Positions 53,955-64,000 of a stretch of DNA of 64,000 nt are shown here, piece after piece. Source of the stretch: the human T2T-CHM13v2.0 reference genome, Homo sapiens. The notes beneath the pieces were generated by a model. The model saw nothing but the letters and a program-made list of their open reading frames with translations. It made no database searches and was not told the origin of the DNA. The position numbers and the translations under genes were made by a program. The stretch lies in the NCBI RefSeq assembly GCF_009914755.1, contig NC_060941.1; one strand, given 5' to 3'. How positions within the stretch are numbered: the first letter of the stretch is position 1; every line of letters begins with the position of its first letter.

Positions 53955-55352
<1,398 letters not shown>

Positions 55353-55759
55353 GCCGTACTCTTAACCACCATGTGAATCGTTTCCCATGCACACTTCCCT
55401 CCTGCACAACCCTGCATGCAAGAGGGCTCGCTTTGAGAGGCCACCCACTCCCTCTGGGCTCCTCCAAGGGTTAGAAGTGAGTCCACCCTCCCTCCAGTCC
55501 TGTACGTCCCAGGCTGACGTCCCCTTCCCTGTAAGTTCCATCCAGGGCCTGGTTTTCTCTTCTTGGGCTACAGAGAACAAGCCAGCCCTGGTTGTACACA
55601 GCAACCCTCTGACAACAGCCAGCAGGTCTCCTTGCATCCCTCCTCCCCTGTCCTGGATCCTCAGGTGATGTGGCTTCTGGCTGCTCTCCCTGGAGCCCGC
55701 AGTTTGGGAGCAGCAGCTGGAGTTACGGGTGCGGGAGCGAGGGAAGATGCACTACCTAC

Positions 55760-55871
55760 CTGGCATTGGCCACACACTCCAAGGTAACCTCTGAGGTGCC
55801 GGCCACCACGCTGGTGTTTTTAGGTGGGATGATGATGGTGGGTGCGATGGGGTCTGCAGGCCCCCCTACAT
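55760..55871 (-). CDS. SDK2: SDK2 exon (~6), 112 nt, Ig3 N-half: [38 protein letters not shown]
   Basis: tctccag|AT...AG|gtaggt, phase 1-2; not in the ORF track, read directly from sequence. Confidence 0.95.
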
Positions 55872-56289
55872 CTGGAGAGAGATCAGATGTTAGCTGGGGG
55901 CGAGGCTGGAAATCCTATCCCTGCCCAGCCTCATTAGAGGCTGATGCCCTGGGAGGTCTTTGTCCTTACCGAGTGGAGCAGGTGGCCATGGGGGCAGCCC
56001 CAGAGCAGACCTCCAGACACTGACCCCAGGGACTACCTGATCCCTCTACTTCCTCTGTTGATGAGTCACCACACCAGGGTCCAAGGAGAGACATCGCTGA
56101 CCTTGACGGCCTTCCCCACCCCTCCTGTAAAGCAGCCACACCCCCCTCTCCCCACCACCACCCTGTCCTGTTCCATTCCCTTCAAATCCTTCCCTCTGCC
56201 CGGGTTGACCTTGTTGGTTTAGTTCTGCATTGTCCACGTCCTCCACCAGAATGCAAACTCTCTGTACGAGGTCAAACAGAGTCACCGGC

Positions 56290-56731
56290 CCCCTCCCCCA
56301 ACACACCTCCCGCCAATTCATGCCCATCTGGCACCTGTAAATGTGACCTTATTTGCATATAGGATCATTACAGGTTTGTAATTAGTTAAGGTGAGGTCAT
56401 ATTGGATCAGGGTGGGCTCAAGATCCAATACGACTGGTGTCCTTGTAAGAAGAGGGAAATTGAGACACAGATGCACAGCCTGGAAGACTCTGTGAAGACA
56501 GAGGCAGAGTGAAGAGATGTGGCCACAAGCCAAGGAATGCCAAGCATTGCTGGCCACCACCGGAAGCCAGGAAGGGGCAAGAAATGAGACTCCTCTAGAA
56601 TCTTCAGAGAAGTATAGCCCTGCTGACACCTTGATTTTCAGACTTCTGGCCTCCAGAACTGTGAAAGGCTCAATTTCTGTTGTGAGCCACTCAGCTGGTA
56701 GTACTTTGTTGTGCAGGCCATAAGAGACTAA
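56290..56731 (+). mobile_element. MLT1C-like MaLR LTR
   Basis: aatgtgaccttatttg...gccacaagccaaggaatgcc...ccctgctgacaccttgattttcagacttctggcctccagaactgtga. Confidence 0.85.
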
Positions 56732-56763
56732 AATTCTCCCTGACCAGGAACCTCATGGGTCTT

Positions 56764-57650
<887 letters not shown>

Positions 57651-59541
57651 TAAGTGCTCAAATACGTGTGTTAAGTGAACAAATGAATGGATCTAGAGTT
57701 ACCATCATCCAACTCCCAGGGTCGATGATTGAAATGAACAAGAACTTCCTGTAAGTGGGTTTTATTGGAAAAAAAAAAAGAGAGAGAAACACTCCAAACT
57801 CCTCTTCTAATAGAGGTGGTAGCAATTCCTTTTTTTTATATTTTGAGTTTTTTTTTTTAAAGTAGAGGCCAGATTTTCATCTTGATGGGTCAGTGTAGGC
57901 CCGATATTGGCATAAACTCCAATATTCTGTGTATGCCTGATCCATGGCTCCTGAAAATACAACCTCTGAGGACTTTTTCTCCACAACAAATCTATCCAGT
58001 TGGCCCCTTTCCAGAAGGTTCTGGAGGTAGTAGGCCATGATGACATGCTGGGCCCTGCGGTGACAGTGACAGGCTGTTCTTTATGGGGTTAGGGGCAGGG
58101 TGCACAGTGGCCCCACTGCCCCTCTGGGCCACCTTGTCAGCCCTGGGCAGGTTTTCCTTCCTTGACTCCAGGCCTTGCTAGAAAAGGCCCAGGAAGAATG
58201 CGCATAAAATGTAAAAAATAAAGTAAAATGAAGGGGGAAAGAAAGGAAGCATATAAAGCAAAATAATTGCAACAATATAAAAGCCTCATGTAGGTGCCAT
58301 AACGAGCGATCGGATTGAAAGCTGCTGATATAGCTGAATCCATAAAAGTGTGCTCTAAGTTGTTTATTACATGCGGGGGCGCGCAGGTACCACGGCTCAG
58401 ATTAATGGGGCACAAGTAAGAGACAGACAGTTAGAGCCCAAGCCAGAGCGCCGCATGGCACAGCCAGGTAAACAGGGAGACCTCAAGGAAGGCGAGTTCT
58501 GAGTTTAAAAATACGAGGGCTGCCCCAGGGCTCAGGGCTGGCTCGTTGGCTCTGGAAGGAATGGAGGAGAGATGGCCATGTGCTCAGGCCCAGGTGGCAG
58601 CCTGCAGGGCTCGATGGGGGCTGAGGTGGCCAGGGATGCTGGCACAGTGAGAAAGGGTCCCAGGGGTGAGGAAGACCTGGGCTCAAAGCCTAGCTCTGCC
58701 CCCAGGTATCCTGGTGACTTCATCCTACTGAGTTTCAGTCTTCTCAGGGGGGAAATGGGGATGAAAGTCACTACCTCTCAGGGTTGTATGAATTCAGGCC
58801 CCAGCTCAACAAATCTTTCCTAGGTGAATGCTTGACACATGCCAGGCTGTGTTCCAGGCACCAGAGATTCTCCACCAAGCGAGATGGCCAGGGTCTGTCC
58901 TCATGGAGGGTGATGTCCCAGAGGAAGTCGAACCAATGCTCGTGGGGTTAATGAATGAAAGAGCGTGTGATGGTTGCCGGGAAGGGGGCAGCTAAGCTGG
59001 TCTGGGGTGACTGCAGAGTGCCTGGTACACAGTAGGTGCTCAATAAATGACAGCCTCCCCTCCTGGAGATTTGCCTGCCTGTGCAGGGAAGAGCTCTCCC
59101 TGCTAGCCCTAGTCCAAGTGACAGACTCAGAGGCTATGGAGAGGTGGGAGTCGCAGGCTCGGGGACGCACATTAAGCCCTGCAGGGTACCGGGCAAGGCC
59201 TCAGGCATTTCATGGCGTGGCTCCCTGGGAGACAGCGGGAGTTGAGTGGGTCTCAGAGAAGTGAGTCCTGGAGCAGATTTACTGTTAATGAAGGTCACCC
59301 CAGCACAAGTGGGTTATTGGGGTAAATGGGGCTCCAAAGGCCAGACCATGAAAATCACAGGTGAGCCCGAGCAAAGAGGAGGGGTGTCTTCCCGGTGAGC
59401 TCCTGGCATAGGGTGGGCCCTGGGGTGGGAGGAAGTGTACGGGGCTCCCCACACGGGGGGCCTCACTGGATCTCACTGCCCCAGACGCTTTGCGTAACAG
59501 CCAGGACAAGGGACATCTAACGTGATCCATCCTCCCTGAAT

Positions 59542-59720
59542 CACCTCATTGAATCCTCCCATTTTTGCCATAGGCACCAATTTACAGATGGGGAAACTGA
59601 GGCTCAGAGACCATGTGACCCACCTGTGCCACCTCATTTAGTCCTCCCAACTTTGCCATAGGCACCAGTTTACAGATGGGGAAACTGAGGCTCAGGGACC
59701 ATGGGACTCGCCTGGGCCAC
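59542..59720 (+). repeat. 88-bp tandem duplication of a MIR fragment
   Basis: Two units cacctcatt...tttgccataggcacca(a/g)tttacagatggggaaactgaggctcag...cc. Confidence 0.9.
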
Positions 59721-59829
59721 AGGTCGGTGAGCGGTGGGGCAGGGGTGTGAGCTGCTCCCCTCTCTTGGGCAGGCTTCTGGGATGCCTGTTCTCCAGCTGC
59801 CCAGGAGCCAGGGTATCCAGGCCCTGTGA

Positions 59830-60340
59830 CCTGAACCACCCAATGCAGGGGCCATGAGCCACACGTGCCTATGAGCTCCTGCAATGTGGCTGGTGTCCCT
59901 TTGATTTAATGTGATTTAATTTTAACTAATTTACATTTAATTAAGAATGGATCCCCAATTCAGTTATTAGAACACTTTTAAGCATGTACGGAACAACTTA
60001 TGCATACGACTCTACTTTTCAGCTATAAATTTTGTGAAATCTAAATACAGATCACGTATTTCGGGTGAAAATTTCACATCCAGATTGAGATGTGATATAA
60101 GCGTAAAATACACAAGGATTTCAAAGACTTAGTATGCAAAAAACCAATGGAAGATATCCCATTAATATTCTTTACATTGATTGTATGTTAAAAAGATAAC
60201 TTCTTGTTATGTTGGGTTAAATAAAATAGAGTAATAAAATGAATGTCAACGATTTCTTTTTACTTGGTAAAAAAATGGGGCTACTGGAAAATTTAAAATT
60301 TCGCATGTGGTTCACATTCTATTTCCTTTCGACAGTGTAG
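59830..60340. mobile_element. Charlie1/MER33-like DNA transposon fragment
   Basis: gattgagatgtgatataagcgtaaaatacacaaggatttcaaagacttagta...gctactggaaaatttaaaatt...catgtggttcacatt. Confidence 0.65.
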
Positions 60341-60646
60341 CCCTGATCCCCGGTATCCACCCAAGCATGGGGTTTTCAGGAGCTGTGACAGTCCGAATGA
60401 GGTCACCAGGGTTATCCTGAGCAGGGGGCAACTTCTGGGGTCACCAGACTTGCTCTTTCCTTCTCTGGTTCTGAAGAGCATAGGGTCCCTATAAAGAGGT
60501 GCAGAAAGCTGGACTTCCTGGAGTCCAGGAGGGATGGAGGAAGCGGTGCGGAGGGGAGAGCAGACGGAGGGGTGAGGCCCAGGAGAGGAATGAGGGGAGC
60601 TGGTGCTGGTGGTGGGCGAAGCGTCAATTGCTCCTCACAAATTGGT

Positions 60647-60678
60647 TGGCAGGCAGGCAGGCAGGCAGGCAGGCAGGC
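60647..60678 (+). repeat. (GGCA)n tetranucleotide repeat
   Basis: Directly visible. Confidence 0.95.
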
Positions 60679-62563
60679 TGGGGATTTGTGTCACAGAGAG
60701 GAAGAGGGTTTTCAAGTGCAGTCACTTGTGGAAAGAGAAATTAGCTAAAAATCAGCGGATTCTGCTCTGAATTCAGGATAAATCAGCGTGTGATGGCAGG
60801 AGGCCAAGAGGCAGTGGGGTGGGAGAAGCAGGTGACTAGGCAGGGCTTGGGTGGGTACAGGGGGTCAGAGGTGACCTGCCCACCTCCCTGGGGCCAGCTG
60901 GAGGGTTGGGTGGTTTGGGATGGAGCAGAGAGCGAATGACTCCCAAAGTCAGACAAGAAGAGTAGCCTAGTTTAACGCCTATGAGGAGGAGCTGGATGCC
61001 GGAGAAGGGGAACAGACAGGAAGGCCCCGACTCTGTCTCAGGGTAAACTGAGTCACCTAGGAGGATGCCTGGCTTTGACTTGGACCATGAACCACTCCTG
61101 TGTCTTTGACATTGTCTCTTACCAAATGACGGGATTCCATGAGACTCCAGGGAATCTGATCACTAGAAAATATATGGGGAGAAGCATCTCTCTTTGATGA
61201 CTAAATTCCCTTCTCCTATAGAAACAGCAGCCCCAGGGTATGGGCTGGGGCCCAGGCTGCTGAGACTTGACTGAGACCCTGACTCGATGTCAGAGGTTAC
61301 ACCCTCAACCCTGACGGTCAGTCTCCAGATATACTTGTGACGCCGATGGGTCAGTCTCCAGAATGAAACTCTCCTCCCCGCATTCAGATTTCCTTCTAGG
61401 CAGACTGGATGCTGAGTAGGGGAAGGAGATCCCTGGGATAATGGGAAGCGGTTCCTGCTGAAGTGTGAAAGGCCCTGGAATGGGGATGGCAAGGCCTGGG
61501 AATGTCCTGGGCCCTCTGGACATGGACAGCAGAGGCTAGGATCAGAATAAGAGCACAGAAAGGCCCCAGGCTGGTCCACACCCTCATCTTGCCGCTGGTG
61601 GGCAAGTACCATCGTGACCAAGGATGATAAATGAGGCTTACTTTGGGAGCAGGAGTTGTACAGATGTGGAGGGAGGTGAACATCTGCCTCCCCCAGCTTG
61701 TGTGATGGCTCAGCTGCTGCTGAGGAGGAAGCTCTGGCCTCGCCCCACATACTCTGGGATTTGGGCCTACGCTGCTCCTGGGCTGTCCACCCCTCCCTCC
61801 TTCTCTGTCTTGGGAATGGAGTATGGAGGGAGGGGCTCGTCCAGTAGGGAGAACCAGGCCAGAAAGAACATCCCAGCATCTCGTCCCTCCAAAGAAAACT
61901 GGCTTCAGTCTCGGCTGGACAAGCGTCTCTTTGCCAAAGCACACCAAGGGAATCACGCTTTTGTGTGTGTCTCACTGTGTGGTGAGTTCTAGGGAGGGCT
62001 TTGCCCTTTTCGCCCAGGGAGCTGGAGGTGTCTGAGGATGGAGGTGTTTTAGGTGGGTGCCTGGGCAGAGGGCCTGTCTTCCCATCAGCAGGGACCACCT
62101 GGCTCCCAATATAGACAGCACTTCTTATGTGACAGCCAAGTAGAGACAGTTAGTATATTTCTGTAAAAACAAGCTTCAGCCCTGCAATCACCCACATGCC
62201 CTCCTGGTCAGCATCTGAGCCCCGATAGTGGCTGCAACTCACACATGCACACGCTCTTCCTCTGCCCCACCCCTCCCTGGGTCCCTGGTAGCCCTGCTAA
62301 CAGTTGTGCTAAGCATCCTCTCTACCGATGCAGGATCTCAGGCGTGTCATGGGAACGGGCTCCAGCGTTCAGCTGCTCCTTTCCTGCCCAGGCACCCCTG
62401 GCTCTGCTGTGTCTCGTCCTCCTTGGGAAGGCTCCCCCCGGCCGTCCCCTAGCTTCCCTGTCCCCCTCCTCTGCCACTCCATCTTCCCAATGATCCCCTG
62501 GAGCACCATTGCTAAGATTTAATGGCCCGCTCCAAGATCGGTCCCGGCCCTGTGCGTACTTAC

Positions 62564-62697
62564 TCTCCACGGTGAGCGTGATGGGCTGGCTGGTCTTGTT
62601 ATCCCCGTTTTTGTCGTTAACAGCCTGCACATAGTAGCGACCTGCGTCAGGGGCCACCGTTGACAGGATGACAAGGGTGTTCTCCAGCGTGATGGCT
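62564..62697 (-). CDS. SDK2: SDK2 exon (~5), 134 nt, Ig2 C-half: [44 protein letters not shown]
   Basis: ttcccag|A...A|gtaagt, phase 2-1. Confidence 0.95.
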
Positions 62698-63262
62698 CTG
62701 GGAAGAGGAAAAGGATTCCTCTGACAGGGGCCTAAGGGGCTCTGAACCTCCAGGGAGTGGGAGTGGAAACCCTAAGGGGGAAGCCCGACCATATCTCCCA
62801 GTCCCCAGCCTCCCAGGGCCCCTCCTGCCACCCCCTCCCCAACCTCTTACTGCCTACATCCCGCCACGTTTAGTTTGCAGAGAATGCTAAACACGGTGCT
62901 GATGCTGTCAACCAGACCCAGAGACAGCACGTTCATGCCCAGACGCCGAGGCCACCCAAAGGAAGCTTCCCTGGCCCCTACCCCAAGACTGGGCAAGGGG
63001 CTTCCAGGTATCCCCTTGGAATTCTGCCCTTTCCCAGGTCACAGCCTCCATGGCTGTGTGTGGTTATTTCTGCATGATGTACATCCAGACACTGAAGAAA
63101 TGTTCTCAGCATGGATTAGTGAATGTCGGTGAATGAATAAGTAAATGACAAATGAATGCTAATGAATTTAGAAATGCAGGGCCATTCCAGAGTCCATGCC
63201 TTAACCCTAATCCTAAATCTGTTCAGGATTGATGGACTCAAAGGCCACAGGTCACCTGGTGA

Positions 63263-63910
<648 letters not shown>

Positions 63911-64000
63911 GAGTTTCTACCTCTTTGAAGCTCATAACCAAGAGTGGGACTAGGTGGGCTGGTTAGGAGGGAAAAAGAGGCTGGTGTGTTTTGGGGTGTG

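Noticed and set aside
61163-62098. Longest ORF in the track (311 aa, - strand)
   Set aside because: No recognisable domain, low-complexity P/S/G composition typical of a chance ORF in GC-rich intron, non-ATG start, and no place in the SDK2 reading frame.

Overview
Human (primate) genomic DNA, GC- and Alu-rich, lying entirely inside one minus-strand gene: SDK2 (sidekick cell adhesion molecule 2, chr17q25.1 from recall). I traced 27 consecutive coding exons from 62697 down to 263. All have GT-AG boundaries and they join in one open frame (4019 nt, about 1339 codons) encoding the C-terminal half of Ig2, Ig3-Ig6 and FNIII repeats 1-9. The numbering as exons 5-31 is from memory of the reference transcript. 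The start, transmembrane segment and stop lie outside the window. Introns hold more than 40 Alus, MIR/L2/L1 fragments, MaLR LTRs (MLT1, MST) and DNA transposons (MER20, MER5, MER45A, MER2, MER1A, MER3, Tigger2a, MADE1, MER58, Charlie). Nearly all ORFs in the supplied track are exon read-throughs, antisense shadows or Alu/microsatellite artefacts. I find no evidence of a new multi-gene system. The best leads are non-coding: an AT-rich homeodomain/POU-motif island (17270-17830), an exact 46-bp templated copy flanking one exon, exon junctions that regenerate real 5' splice sites, a posterior-HOX motif cluster, a near-consensus CTCF site, a MADE1 miR-548-like hairpin and a head-to-head Alu chimera.
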